Source: Spirochaetaceae bacterium
GTDB lineage: Bacteria; Spirochaetota; Spirochaetia; DSM-2461
NCBI GenBank assembly: GCA_051531975.1
Contig: JAOPTT010000013.1
Span: forward strand, 128,001 to 192,000
DNA length: 64,000 nucleotides
Reading direction: 5' to 3'
Shown in pieces: positions 9,708 through 19,502 of the stretch. A program made the position numbers and the translations under genes. The notes beneath the pieces are model-generated. The model was not told the origin of the DNA. It ran no database searches and worked only from the letters and a program-made list of their open reading frames with translations. The number at the start of each line of letters is the position of its first letter. The stretch's first letter is position 1.

Positions 9708-11060
9708 TTATTGTCTCTCATATGAGGAAAGCATTTTTAATTCCTTCCTGTATTTTGAAACAGTTCTTCGTGCAAGGTCTATACCTTTCTCTTTAAGTAT
9801 ATTAGATATTTTCTGATCTGACAGTTTTTTTTCACTTTTATTTTCAATTATTATTTTTTTTACTATTTCCTTCACACTTTCTTTTGAGTGATCTCTACCT
9901 GATTGTGAACTGATAATAGCGTTTGAAAAAAAGTATTTTAGGTTGTAAATTCCCCAATCTGTCTGAATATATTTATCGTTTGTGATCCTTGATATAGTAC
10001 TTTCTGATAGATCTGTTTCTACTGCAATTGTTTTCCTTGTTAGTGGCTTTATATTTCCTGGACCAAATAAAAAGAATTCTTTTTGGTTTTTGACAATATG
10101 ATTTATTGTTTTTAAAAGTGTTGAGTTCCTCATTGCAAGTGATTGAATAAAACTATTTGCACTATTAACAGATTTTTTTGCAAATCTTTTAACTTCTTTA
10201 TCATTGTCCAAAATAAAACTTGTGAAATCTTCATTTATTGAAAGAGATGGAATATTGTCTTCTTTTAAATATACATTTATCTCTTTTCCTTCTTTTTTTA
10301 CATGAGCTTCAGGAATAATATATTTAGAAAATCCTGTGGAAAAGTCTGAAGTTGGATGGGGATTTAGGGTTTTTAAATATACATAAACGTCATTTAATTC
10401 ATCATCAGTTAAATTGTGTTTTTCTGCTAATAATTTCTTTTTACCTTTAGTTAATAGTTCAATGCTGTCGGTTAATATCTCTATAGTTTCTTCTGGATAA
10501 CGTTTTAATATCTGGGTTTGAACAATTAGGGACTCTACTCTATCTTTAACACAAATACCAATAGGGTCCAATTTTTGAATGATACTGATCACATTTGACA
10601 TCATAGGCCATTGTTCTTCGTTAAAAAGTTCCTGGGGATCAATTATATGAAATCCATAGGAGTCTAAATTGCTTATTAATATCTCTCCTATCGTTATTTC
10701 AATTTCAGATAACTTACATAGTCTTAATTGGTTTATTAGGTAATCAATTAAACTTTCAGCTCTTGTTTGAGTTCCTTCAATAAATTCATTTATTGATTTA
10801 TCAGAATTCTTCTTTTGATAACCTGGGTCAGAACTCTCTTCAATTATATCGATATCTGCTGATGAGTATTCAGCTTCTTCGATATCTTTAACTTCTTGTT
10901 CCTTTTCTACTAGTTCTAAAGCTGGATTATTTTCAAGTTCTGCATTAATTTCAGCTTGTAAATCTAAGAGAGGCATGGCCATTAGTTTTACCGTTTGTAA
11001 CATCTGGGGGCTGAGTTTTTGTGTTTGTGTCTGTATTAATGATGGTCCCTGGTGCAGCAA
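9708..11060 (-). CDS. rpoN: RNA polymerase sigma-54 factor
   Basis: Gln-rich region I, ELENNPALE, LDPIGI, SESTISR, RpoN box ARRTVSKYR; TTG start. Confidence 0.97.
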   Translation of the reverse strand: MLHQGPSLIQTQTQKLSPQMLQTVKLMAMPLLDLQAEINAELENNPALELVEKEQEVKDIEEAEYSSADIDIIEESSDPGYQKKNSDKSINEFIEGTQTRAESLIDYLINQLRLCKLSEIEITIGEILISNLDSYGFHIIDPQELFNEEQWPMMSNVISIIQKLDPIGICVKDRVESLIVQTQILKRYPEETIEILTDSIELLTKGKKKLLAEKHNLTDDELNDVYVYLKTLNPHPTSDFSTGFSKYIIPEAHVKKEGKEINVYLKEDNIPSLSINEDFTSFILDNDKEVKRFAKKSVNSANSFIQSLAMRNSTLLKTINHIVKNQKEFFLFGPGNIKPLTRKTIAVETDLSESTISRITNDKYIQTDWGIYNLKYFFSNAIISSQSGRDHSKESVKEIVKKIIIENKSEKKLSDQKISNILKEKGIDLARRTVSKYRKELKMLSSYERQ

Positions 11061-11086
11061 TTATTTCCTCTTTTCTAAATATATTA

Positions 11087-11872
11087 TTACATAGAAAATG
11101 ATTTTCCTAAATATATATTTCTAGCTAATTCGCTGTTTATCAACTCTTCTTTTGTTCCACTAATAAGAACTTCTCCGACATTCATAATATATGATCGATC
11201 AGTAATTTCTAGAGTATCTCTAACATTATGGTCAGTAATTAATATTCCTATGCCTCTTTTTGAAAGATCTTTGATTATTCCTTTTATTTCTTGTACAGCG
11301 ATAGGATCAATACCTGCAAATGGTTCATCTAAGAGTAAGAACTTAGGATCAATAGCTAACGACCTTGCTATTTCTGTCCTTCTTCTCTCTCCACCAGAAA
11401 GTGTATAAGCCTGCTGTTTCCTAACTTTTTTTAAGCCTAAGTCGTTTATTAAAGTTTCTAATATTTCAGTTCTTTTTTCTTTTGTTAGCTCTTTTCGTGT
11501 CTGTAATATTCCTAGAATATTGTGTTCTACAGATAGTTTTCTAAATACTGATGCTTCTTGTGGAAGATAAGATACCCCAATACGTGCCCTTTTAAACATT
11601 GGCAATTTTGTAATATTCTGATTGTTGATATACACATTTCCACTTGTAGGATGGATGAATCCTGCTATTATATAGAAGCTTGTTGTTTTCCCAGCACCAT
11701 TAGGACCTAATAACCCTACGATTTCCCCGGATTTCATGGAAAAACTTATATCTCTCACAGCTCGAGTTTTTCCATAGTTTTTTTCAAGCCCTTCAACACT
11801 TAAAGTCGCCTCACCATTAAGATGTTCAACTTTTTTTTTGCTTTTCATGTTTTTAAATATTTTAAGGTTCAT
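11087..11872 (-). CDS. lptB: LPS export ABC transporter ATPase
   Basis: GPNGAGKTT, YLPQEASVF, LSGGERRR, LLDEPFAGIDP, ITDHNVRDTL; upstream of rpoN. Confidence 0.95.
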   Translation of the reverse strand: MNLKIFKNMKSKKKVEHLNGEATLSVEGLEKNYGKTRAVRDISFSMKSGEIVGLLGPNGAGKTTSFYIIAGFIHPTSGNVYINNQNITKLPMFKRARIGVSYLPQEASVFRKLSVEHNILGILQTRKELTKEKRTEILETLINDLGLKKVRKQQAYTLSGGERRRTEIARSLAIDPKFLLLDEPFAGIDPIAVQEIKGIIKDLSKRGIGILITDHNVRDTLEITDRSYIMNVGEVLISGTKEELINSELARNIYLGKSFSM

Positions 11873-12494
11873 TTTGACTCTCTTCGGTTATACTTCCCTT
11901 TACCTTTCCTTCCATTATTATATCGTTATTATCTAGATTTATAGTAATTTTACTTGCCTTAAAAATATCCTCACCTTTATATACGATTGGATCCCCAGTA
12001 AGAATCAGCTGATTTAAGTTACTGTTGTATTCTGCAAATTCACTCCTACATACAAGGTCTTCATTGATAATTCTAACTTTAATTTGAATGATAGTTATTG
12101 AAGTCTCTTGGAATGATTTAATATATTCACCTTTAATAATCATGTCATTCTTTTCATCTTTCATCATTGCATTTCCAGTTATTGTTGCTTCTTTCTTCTC
12201 ATTATCATAAAGCATCTTTTCACTAGTAATAATAAAGTTTTCTTTTGTATTATGGATTCGAACATTATCTATACAATCGGCAAATCTATAATCTTTGCCA
12301 TATAGTTCAATAATATCTGCATTTATATCCAGAGTATCTGTTTTTATATATGCATTTCCATTTAGAGTACTTCTTTTATTGTGTTCCGCAAATGAAGATT
12401 CAGATTGGTCGCTACCAAAGAGTAATCCATCTGAACCATTTATCAGATTTACTGAAAGAAGTATCATTAGTAGAATTATAATTACATTTTTCAG
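11862..12494 (-). CDS. lptA: LptA/OstA-family beta-jellyroll periplasmic protein (probable CTG start at 12494; ORF track starts at 12467)
   Basis: Between lptC and lptB; repeated beta-jellyroll motifs (LNGNA, ITGNA, LTGDP); in-frame CTG restores a signal peptide n-region. Confidence 0.8.
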   Translation of the reverse strand: MKNVIIILLMILLSVNLINGSDGLLFGSDQSESSFAEHNKRSTLNGNAYIKTDTLDINADIIELYGKDYRFADCIDNVRIHNTKENFIITSEKMLYDNEKKEATITGNAMMKDEKNDMIIKGEYIKSFQETSITIIQIKVRIINEDLVCRSEFAEYNSNLNQLILTGDPIVYKGEDIFKASKITINLDNNDIIMEGKVKGSITEESQNEP

Positions 12495-13039
12495 TATGTA
12501 GCCCCTTTTACATTATTACTAAATGAATATGTACTTTTTTTTAAATTAGCTGAAAACCCTGCACCTTCAATTGTTGACCCATCATCTTTTATAACAGATA
12601 TAGTTGAATAGTCATCACTAAATATAGTTTTTTCTTCACTGTTCCATTCCAGGACTTCTCCAATGATTTTTATTTCATCTTTTTTTGAGACGAAGTTTAA
12701 ATTCCCAGTTAGTTTTGCATTCTCAGTATCATTATAGTATACAATTGTATCAGCTTTCCCAACAGTTAAAACTGTTTGGTTATCTGTATTATATTCTATA
12801 AATTTTACGTTAAGTAATGTAGTTCTATTTTTGTCATTATATATTTGTGCTTTTGAGGCTTCAATTTCAGTGTATGGAGTATTTTTCTTCATTTGAATTA
12901 ATTTGAAATTTATCATTTCTGTATCAGGAATGTCTTCTGATTTTGTTGTAATTTGTGATTGATCATCGTAATTAACAGTACAGCCTGCGATAATGCAGAC
13001 TGTAATAGCCACTAATAATTTATTTAATTTTTTTTCCAT
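12491..13039 (-). CDS. lptC: LPS export periplasmic protein LptC (lipoprotein-like)
   Basis: N-terminal hydrophobic stretch with IAGC lipobox; beta-jellyroll features; position before lptA-lptB. Confidence 0.75.
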   Translation of the reverse strand: MEKKLNKLLVAITVCIIAGCTVNYDDQSQITTKSEDIPDTEMINFKLIQMKKNTPYTEIEASKAQIYNDKNRTTLLNVKFIEYNTDNQTVLTVGKADTIVYYNDTENAKLTGNLNFVSKKDEIKIIGEVLEWNSEEKTIFSDDYSTISVIKDDGSTIEGAGFSANLKKSTYSFSNNVKGATY

Positions 13040-14633
13040 TCCTCAAACTTTCTTCAATGAATTTTTTAAAAAGAGGTCCAGCATTAATAGGTTGCGATGT
13101 AAATTCAGGATGAGCTTGCACTCCAACTGCCCATGGATGGTTTGGCCATTCAACAGCTTCAACAAGTTTACCATCAGAAGTTGTTCCACTTATGATTAAC
13201 CCCGACTTTTCAATTACATCTTTAAATTCATTTGAAACTTCAAGTCTGTGTCTGTGACGTTCAAATATATTTAAAGAACCATAAGCTTCAGCTATTTTAG
13301 TATTAGGTTTTAAAACAGATTCACTTAATCCAAGTCTCATCGTACCACCATAATCTGTAATATCGACTTGGTCTTCTAACAGAGCGACTACATTATTTGT
13401 TCCCTCTGGTCTGAATTCAGAACTATCAGCTTTTTCCATTTTCAAAATGTTTCTTGCCCATTCTATAACCATAACCTGCATACCTAAACAAATACCAAGA
13501 CATGGAATTTTGTTTTCTCTAGCATATTTTGCAGTTTGGATCATTCCAAGAACGCCCCTCTCTCCAAAACCACCAGGAATAATCACTCCATCAATACCTT
13601 TTAATGCTTCGCCAGGATCTTTTAATGTCTCTATGTATTCTGCATCAATTTTAATAATATTTACTTTGGCTTTGTTTGCAATACCACCGTGAATTAGAGC
13701 TTCGTCAACAGATTTATAGGCATCTGCTAACTCTATATATTTACCTACAAAAGCTATGTTTGCTGTAACTTTTGCTCCTTCATAAGAGCTTCTTACTTTT
13801 TTCCACTCTTTAAGATTGGGTTTCTTTGGCTCTAATTGAAGCTTTCTACAAACAACTTCATCTAGTCCTTGCTCACTATAAATTTCCGGAATAGCATATA
13901 AGGTTGAATCCACATTATGGGCAGATATAACAGCTTCAAAATCCATATTTGTAAATTGAGATATTTTCTTTTTCATATCATCAGGAACTGGCTTATCAGC
14001 TCTACAAAGTAGAACATCTGGCTGTATACCAATCTCTCTCATAGATTTTACAGAGTGTTGTGTTGGTTTCGTTTTCGCTTCTCCACCTGAAACAGTTGGA
14101 ATTAGTGTTAAGTGTACAGATAAGGCGTTATTATGCCCTAGGTCATGGATTAGCTGCCTAACAGCTTCCAGATAAGGTATAGACTCTATGTCTCCTACTG
14201 TTCCTCCAATTTCTACGATTGTTACATCAACATCAGCCGAATTTCCAATAGCTCTAATTCTTCTTTTTATTTCATCAGTGATATGTGGAACTACTTGGAC
14301 ACATTTCCCAAGGTATCGTCCCTCTCTCTCTTTTTTTATTACAGCTTCGTAAATTTGCCCTGTAGTAATAGAGTTCTCTTTACCTAGAGGGGAGTGGGTA
14401 AATCTAGCGTAATTACCTAAATCAAGATCGGTTTCTGCTCCATCGTCAGTAACATATACTTCCCCATGTTGGTATGGACTCATAGTCCCTGCGTCAACAT
14501 TAATATAAGGGTCAACTTTAATCATTCTAACTTTGAGATTTCTGCTTTCTAAAATACTTCCTAAGGAAGAAGCAGCTACTCCTTTTCCTAAACTGGAACA
14601 AACTCCACCTGTGACAAATATATATTTCTTCAT
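13020..14633 (-). CDS. pyrG: CTP synthase
   Basis: KYIFVTGGVCSSLGKG, DPYINVDAGTMSP, KTKPTQHSV, GICLGMQ, ERHRHR, QAHPEF. Confidence 0.99.
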   Translation of the reverse strand: MKKYIFVTGGVCSSLGKGVAASSLGSILESRNLKVRMIKVDPYINVDAGTMSPYQHGEVYVTDDGAETDLDLGNYARFTHSPLGKENSITTGQIYEAVIKKEREGRYLGKCVQVVPHITDEIKRRIRAIGNSADVDVTIVEIGGTVGDIESIPYLEAVRQLIHDLGHNNALSVHLTLIPTVSGGEAKTKPTQHSVKSMREIGIQPDVLLCRADKPVPDDMKKKISQFTNMDFEAVISAHNVDSTLYAIPEIYSEQGLDEVVCRKLQLEPKKPNLKEWKKVRSSYEGAKVTANIAFVGKYIELADAYKSVDEALIHGGIANKAKVNIIKIDAEYIETLKDPGEALKGIDGVIIPGGFGERGVLGMIQTAKYARENKIPCLGICLGMQVMVIEWARNILKMEKADSSEFRPEGTNNVVALLEDQVDITDYGGTMRLGLSESVLKPNTKIAEAYGSLNIFERHRHRLEVSNEFKDVIEKSGLIISGTTSDGKLVEAVEWPNHPWAVGVQAHPEFTSQPINAGPLFKKFIEESLRNGKKIK

Positions 14634-14787
14634 GTAAAAGAATTATTATTTTAATGACTATAATTGTCAATTACATGAGCCATTAAAAGGGCTTATGAGG
14701 TGATAATTTTATTAGAATTACCAAAAAATTAACTAGCATTTTATACGTAACTATATAATAGTATAGGATAGGTGGAAAAAATATAGT

Positions 14788-15600
14788 ATGTCAGTATTAA
14801 CAGATATCGAGTTTGGAAAATTTAAAGAGCTAATATATTCTGCAAGTGGTATTCACTTTACCGAATCAAATAGAACTATTCTTGAAAGCCGGATTAGAGA
14901 AAAATTAAGAAAATCTACATTTGAAAATGCTAACGAGTATCTAGAATTAATAAAAAAAGATGAAAGTGAGCTGAAACAATTTTTAGATTCAATTACAACA
15001 AACTTAACCCGTTTTTTTAGAAATAATGCTCATTATAATGTTTTTCAAAAGTTTGTAATTCCAGATCTTATTGAACATAAGAGGAAAATAGGAAGTAAAG
15101 TTATAAAATGCTGGAGTGCCGGTTGTTCAACTGGTGAGGAACCATATACAAATGCTATGGTTTTAAAAGAATGTCTTCCTGCAGACTTTAAAATAGAAGT
15201 TGTTGCTTCGGATTTAAGTCTTAAATCTTTAATGACAGCTCAAGAAGGCTTTTATTCTGATATGAAAGTTAAAGGTATACCAGAAAACTATCTAACTAAA
15301 TATTTTACTAAGGCAACTGGTGGATATAGAGTAAAAGATGAAATAAAAAAAATGATTACATTTGACTATCATAACTTAAAATTTGATAGTGGGAAAAGAA
15401 ATCTTGATATAGTTTTTTGTAGAAACGTTTTAATTTACTTTGACGAAGCTGCACAAAAAAATGTAATTGATCGTTTTTGGGACGCCATGAGTAATCATTC
15501 TTATCTATTTATTGGTCATTCAGAATCTCTATTTGGTATGAACACTTCATTTGAGTTTCTTAGAACAGAGTGGGCTTGCCTTTACGGTAAGAACTTATAG
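14788..15600 (+). CDS. cheR: Chemotaxis protein-glutamate methyltransferase
   Basis: TTNLTRFFR, WSAGCSTGEEPY, IVFCRNVLIYFD, LFIGHSE. Confidence 0.96.
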   Translation: MSVLTDIEFGKFKELIYSASGIHFTESNRTILESRIREKLRKSTFENANEYLELIKKDESELKQFLDSITTNLTRFFRNNAHYNVFQKFVIPDLIEHKRKIGSKVIKCWSAGCSTGEEPYTNAMVLKECLPADFKIEVVASDLSLKSLMTAQEGFYSDMKVKGIPENYLTKYFTKATGGYRVKDEIKKMITFDYHNLKFDSGKRNLDIVFCRNVLIYFDEAAQKNVIDRFWDAMSNHSYLFIGHSESLFGMNTSFEFLRTEWACLYGKNL

Positions 15601-15611
15601 AGGGGAAAGAT

Positions 15612-16736
15612 TTGGATAAAATATCTGTAATGATAGTAGATGACTCTGTATTGATGAGAAAACTAATAGGTAAAATATTAGAAGATGATCCAGATATAGA
15701 AGTTGCTGCAAAAGCAATGAATGGAAAATTCGCATTATCTAAAATGAAATCACATGAACCTGATTTAATAATTTTAGATTTAGAGATGCCAGAAATGGAT
15801 GGTATCACCTTTTTAAAAGAGAAACATAAATTAAGTAATAATATTCCTGTAATAATTCTTTCTTCTATTGCAACTAAAGGCGCTTCAATAACAATGGAGG
15901 CTTTAAGTCTAGGAGCATCAGATTTTATAACAAAGCCTTCAGGATCTGTATCATTAGATATAGCAGAAATAGGTGAGAAGTTAAAATCTCTAGTTAAAGC
16001 TTATGGAAGAGATTATAGAAGACGACATAGTTCTCTTTCAAAACCAACAATGACTACATCACAGGTTCCTACTAGACCAGTAACTAGGGTGGAAATTAAA
16101 CCTGTTAGCCCTAGAAGCCGGGATTGGGAAGAAATAACTCCAATGTGTAAACATGGTAAGTTTGAAATTCTTGCAATTGGTATATCTACTGGAGGTCCAA
16201 ATGCTTTAAGAAAAGTTTTTGCGATGATACCAGAGAACTTTCCACTTCCAATTGTTGTTGTACAACATATGCCAGCTGGATTTACAAAAGAGTTTGCAAA
16301 GGGTCTCGATAGAATATCTCCCTTGAATGTTAAAGAAGCTGAAGAAGGTGATTTACTAAAAGCTGGAAGAGTTTTAATCGCACCTGGTGATAGACACGTT
16401 AGTGTTGAGAGAAAATCTTTAGGTGGAATAATTCATTTAGAAAACTCAGCCTTAGTTAGTGGTCATAAACCTTCTGCAGATGTTCTTTTTAAGTCAGTAG
16501 CTAAAAATTATGGAAAAAATTCTGTAGCTATTATTATGACTGGAATGGGGAAAGATGGAGCAAAAATGATTGGTGAAGTTTATCGAAATGGTGGCTACAC
16601 TATGGGGCAAAATCAAGATTCTTGTGTTGTTTATGGTATGCCAAAAGTTGCTCAAGAACATGGTTATTTACATGAGCAGTTTTCACTTATTGATCTACCA
16701 AATAGGCTAAATAGCTTAGTTACAAGCGGTACATGA
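15612..16736 (+). CDS. cheB: Chemotaxis response regulator methylesterase
   Basis: REC domain plus GISTGGP, VQHMP, HKPSADVLF, MTGMGKDG, VVYGMP; TTG start with SD AGGGG. Confidence 0.97.
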   Translation: MDKISVMIVDDSVLMRKLIGKILEDDPDIEVAAKAMNGKFALSKMKSHEPDLIILDLEMPEMDGITFLKEKHKLSNNIPVIILSSIATKGASITMEALSLGASDFITKPSGSVSLDIAEIGEKLKSLVKAYGRDYRRRHSSLSKPTMTTSQVPTRPVTRVEIKPVSPRSRDWEEITPMCKHGKFEILAIGISTGGPNALRKVFAMIPENFPLPIVVVQHMPAGFTKEFAKGLDRISPLNVKEAEEGDLLKAGRVLIAPGDRHVSVERKSLGGIIHLENSALVSGHKPSADVLFKSVAKNYGKNSVAIIMTGMGKDGAKMIGEVYRNGGYTMGQNQDSCVVYGMPKVAQEHGYLHEQFSLIDLPNRLNSLVTSGT

Positions 16737-17183
16737 TCCACAATCTTTACATTCTTCCTTTAGTTTATTAAGACTCTCTTTACTCATTATTTTAGTGATT
16801 GTAGGGAGGGTTTCTTTATAACCCAATTTTTTTATTAGTTTAGTAACTAAAAAACTACCTGCCATCATTACAAGAGATATTAGTGCTGCTACCTTTTCAG
16901 ATTTTAGACCTAGTGCTATTAGTATTCCATAAGTAACTAAAAATGTTACTAAAGGTAATATCAGAACTATGAATGTTGCTAATATTGTTTTACCTTCAGG
17001 GATGAAATACTCTACAGCATCTCCCTCTTCTAAATTATATTCTTCTGGATTAATTACTTTGAAATCAAGCTTCTTAATATTCCAAAACTTACGTTCTGTT
17101 TTTTCTTTATCTCCAAAATCAGTAATATGCATAAGATATATTTCATTTTGTTCTATTCTATTTACAATTGCTGTACTATTCAT
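16716..17183 (-). CDS. RseC/MucC-family (SoxR-reducing system) membrane protein
   Basis: GDAVE...ILPL followed by two TM helices; C-terminal CxxCxxCxxC. Confidence 0.55.
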   Translation of the reverse strand: MNSTAIVNRIEQNEIYLMHITDFGDKEKTERKFWNIKKLDFKVINPEEYNLEEGDAVEYFIPEGKTILATFIVLILPLVTFLVTYGILIALGLKSEKVAALISLVMMAGSFLVTKLIKKLGYKETLPTITKIMSKESLNKLKEECKDCGSCTACN

Positions 17184-17979
17184 TTTCTTCCTTCTTTATT
17201 GGTAATCTTACAGTTTCTATAGATTCAGGTTTGTCTTTATCGTTGAAACTTACAATAACACCTTGTAATTCAAGTTTATTATTATAATCTTTTGATCTTT
17301 TAGGGATACCAGTCATTAACTTTTCTATCTCTATCTCTGGTAAAAGACCTCCCGTTGAGTCTGAACTACCAGTTCTCCCTGTATCGGTAATAAAACCAGT
17401 TCCTTTTTTTGTTATTTTTGCATCAGCTGTAATCGATCTTGATCCTGAACCTATTAAAACTTCAACTTTTCCATCGATAATATGTAACATTAACTGCTTT
17501 TCAGCTGTTGTTTTTGAGTGTAAGTTAATTAATATTATATCACTGTTATCTCTTAAACGTTCAATTAGGCTTTCAACATAAGTAAATGGGTTACTTGGGT
17601 GGTTTCGAGTTATCCCAGATGGTCCTAATAGATTGATTACCCCAATTCTTTTGTCTCCACCTTTGTAGATATTCCATCCGCGACCAGGAGTTTTTGGGGT
17701 ATAATTGGCGGGTCTTAGAACAAAAGAAGATTTAGGTAGGAAGTCTACGAGATCTTTTTTAAAAAAAGTATAATCCCCTCCAGTTAATACATCTATTCCT
17801 GAATTCTTAAGTGTTATAGCATGGTTTTTACCTAGACCAAAACCACCTGTAGCACCATTTGCATTTGCAACAACAAAATCAATATTATGACTTTTTTTAA
17901 TTGCTTTAATGCCTTTTCGAGCAGCATATACACCAAATTTTCCAACAATTTCACCAATAAATAATATTCTATAACTCAT
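17176..17979 (-). CDS. YmdB/TIGR00282-family metallophosphoesterase-like protein with degenerate active site
   Basis: RILFIGEIVG, LRPANY...PGRG, GVINLLG, TTAEK, ITDTGRTG scaffold; most metal ligands substituted. Confidence 0.85.
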   Translation of the reverse strand: MSYRILFIGEIVGKFGVYAARKGIKAIKKSHNIDFVVANANGATGGFGLGKNHAITLKNSGIDVLTGGDYTFFKKDLVDFLPKSSFVLRPANYTPKTPGRGWNIYKGGDKRIGVINLLGPSGITRNHPSNPFTYVESLIERLRDNSDIILINLHSKTTAEKQLMLHIIDGKVEVLIGSGSRSITADAKITKKGTGFITDTGRTGSSDSTGGLLPEIEIEKLMTGIPKRSKDYNNKLELQGVIVSFNDKDKPESIETVRLPIKKEENE

Positions 17980-18062
17980 TAGATAAAGAATATGTTATTA
18001 AATCTTTTTTGAATAGAGGAAATCTCACTATTGATATAATATAGTTATAGTAAGGAGTTTAT

Positions 18063-18536
18063 ATGTCTGATAAAAATGATTTTCAATTTGGGAAAATGGT
18101 AGAGAATTTTATAGGAACAGCCAAAAATATTACTGAAAACATTGTGCAAAAGGGTGAGGAATTTATAAAAGATTCTGGAATACAGGAATTAAAAGATTAT
18201 TATCCTTTTTACTCATGGCCTCCATTAAACTTATATGTTAGCGAAGATAGTTGTCTTATTTTTGAGTTTGGTTTATCTGGTTTTATCAGAAGTGATATTA
18301 CGATAGGTTTTGAAGACGATTATATGGTTATTAATGCCAAACTATCTAATTTATATAGTACAGGCTCAAATGAGCGTACTTTTAAAAACAAATTAAAACT
18401 TAAAGATATTGTTAATCAGAAATATTTTGTTCCAGAAGATAAGTTTGATAGAAAAAAGTATTCAGTACATATGAAAAATGGTCTTATGAGGATTGTCTTT
18501 TCACCAATTCCTGGGAGCGAACTAGTTTTTAATTAA
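18063..18536 (+). CDS. Hsp20/alpha-crystallin-like protein
   Basis: WPPLNLY...FEFGLSGF...DITI...MKNGLMRI pattern; SD AAGGAG. Confidence 0.7.
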   Translation: MSDKNDFQFGKMVENFIGTAKNITENIVQKGEEFIKDSGIQELKDYYPFYSWPPLNLYVSEDSCLIFEFGLSGFIRSDITIGFEDDYMVINAKLSNLYSTGSNERTFKNKLKLKDIVNQKYFVPEDKFDRKKYSVHMKNGLMRIVFSPIPGSELVFN

Positions 18537-18995
18537 TAAACTTATAACATGGGCCTCTATTGCTCTATTTTCTCCAGTAGCATCAACACCTTCTTTGGTT
18601 TTTCCTTTTATGGAAAGTTGTTCTGGAGATATTTGTAATAAAGGGCATAGTGACTGTTTTATAGCATCTATAAATGGTTTAATTTTTGGCTTTTCCAGTA
18701 TTACTGTGCAGTCCATATTACCAATAATATAACCTTTCTCTGAAATTTTTGAATAACACTTATTGAGAAGTATCATGCTAGATATATTTTTCCATTTGTT
18801 ATCACTTGGAGGAAAGTGTGTCCCAATATCTCCCAGAGCTAGTGCACCAAAAAGTGAGTCAATAATCGCATGGATAAGAACATCTCCATCAGAGTGAGCC
18901 TCTTCCCCTAAATGATAGGGAAGGGTCACACCTCCAATGATTAAATCTCTTCCTTGAATAAGTTTGTGCAGATCGTAACCTAATCCAATTCGCAC
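18522..18995 (-). CDS. ispF: 2-C-methyl-D-erythritol 2,4-cyclodiphosphate synthase
   Basis: MRIGLGYDLH, AHSDGDVLIHAIIDSLFGA, GDIGTHFP; GTG start. Confidence 0.97.
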   Translation of the reverse strand: MRIGLGYDLHKLIQGRDLIIGGVTLPYHLGEEAHSDGDVLIHAIIDSLFGALALGDIGTHFPPSDNKWKNISSMILLNKCYSKISEKGYIIGNMDCTVILEKPKIKPFIDAIKQSLCPLLQISPEQLSIKGKTKEGVDATGENRAIEAHVISLLIKN

Positions 18996-19495
18996 TACTT
19001 CTCCATTGTACTAAAGATAATTTGGTCTGTGTCGTCTTTTGAGAGTTCTAGAGATATTGCAAGTTCATTTCTAAGTAGTGATAGTGCATTATCGTATAGT
19101 TTTCTTTCAAGAATAGGTAACTCTTTAAGTTTACTTCTTCTGTATAACATTCTAACGACCTTCGCAATATTTAAAGTATCACCTGTTTTTAATAAATCTA
19201 TATTTGTCTGATATCTTAATTTCCAATCAGTTATTACAGCTTCATCTTCCTCAGATAATGTTTTTAATGCTTTGTTGGCATTATTCTTAGATATTACTGG
19301 TCTAATACCTAGCTCTTCTGCTTTTTCCACAGGAACCATAATTGTCATCTCGGATTCTTCTAAGTAGATTACATAGTATAACATTTCTACACCCTTGAAG
19401 GTTCTGTCCTGTAATCTTTCAATTTTTCCTACACCTTGTAAGGGATATACGATGTATTGATTCTCTGTAAATGTGTTTTTAGTCTTTTTAGCCAT
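18995..19495 (-). CDS. carD: CarD-family transcriptional regulator
   Basis: IVYPLQGVGKI, MVPVEKAEELGIR, DWKLRY; start moved to ATG 19495 because the ORF-track TTG at 19531 is the -35 box. Confidence 0.92.
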   Translation of the reverse strand: MAKKTKNTFTENQYIVYPLQGVGKIERLQDRTFKGVEMLYYVIYLEESEMTIMVPVEKAEELGIRPVISKNNANKALKTLSEEDEAVITDWKLRYQTNIDLLKTGDTLNIAKVVRMLYRRSKLKELPILERKLYDNALSLLRNELAISLELSKDDTDQIIFSTMEK

Positions 19496-19502
19496 ATTCA
19501 TT

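Noticed and set aside
14634..14670. CTP-sensing control of pyrG (reiterative transcription or start-site switching)
   Set aside because: TTGACA is present, but there is no GGGC start or attenuator hairpin, and the -10 (AATAAT) is too weak to place +1 reliably
14788..16736. cheR-cheB without cheA/MCP as a novel orphan system
   Set aside because: Separate cheR-cheB loci are ordinary in spirochaetes, and both proteins look canonical
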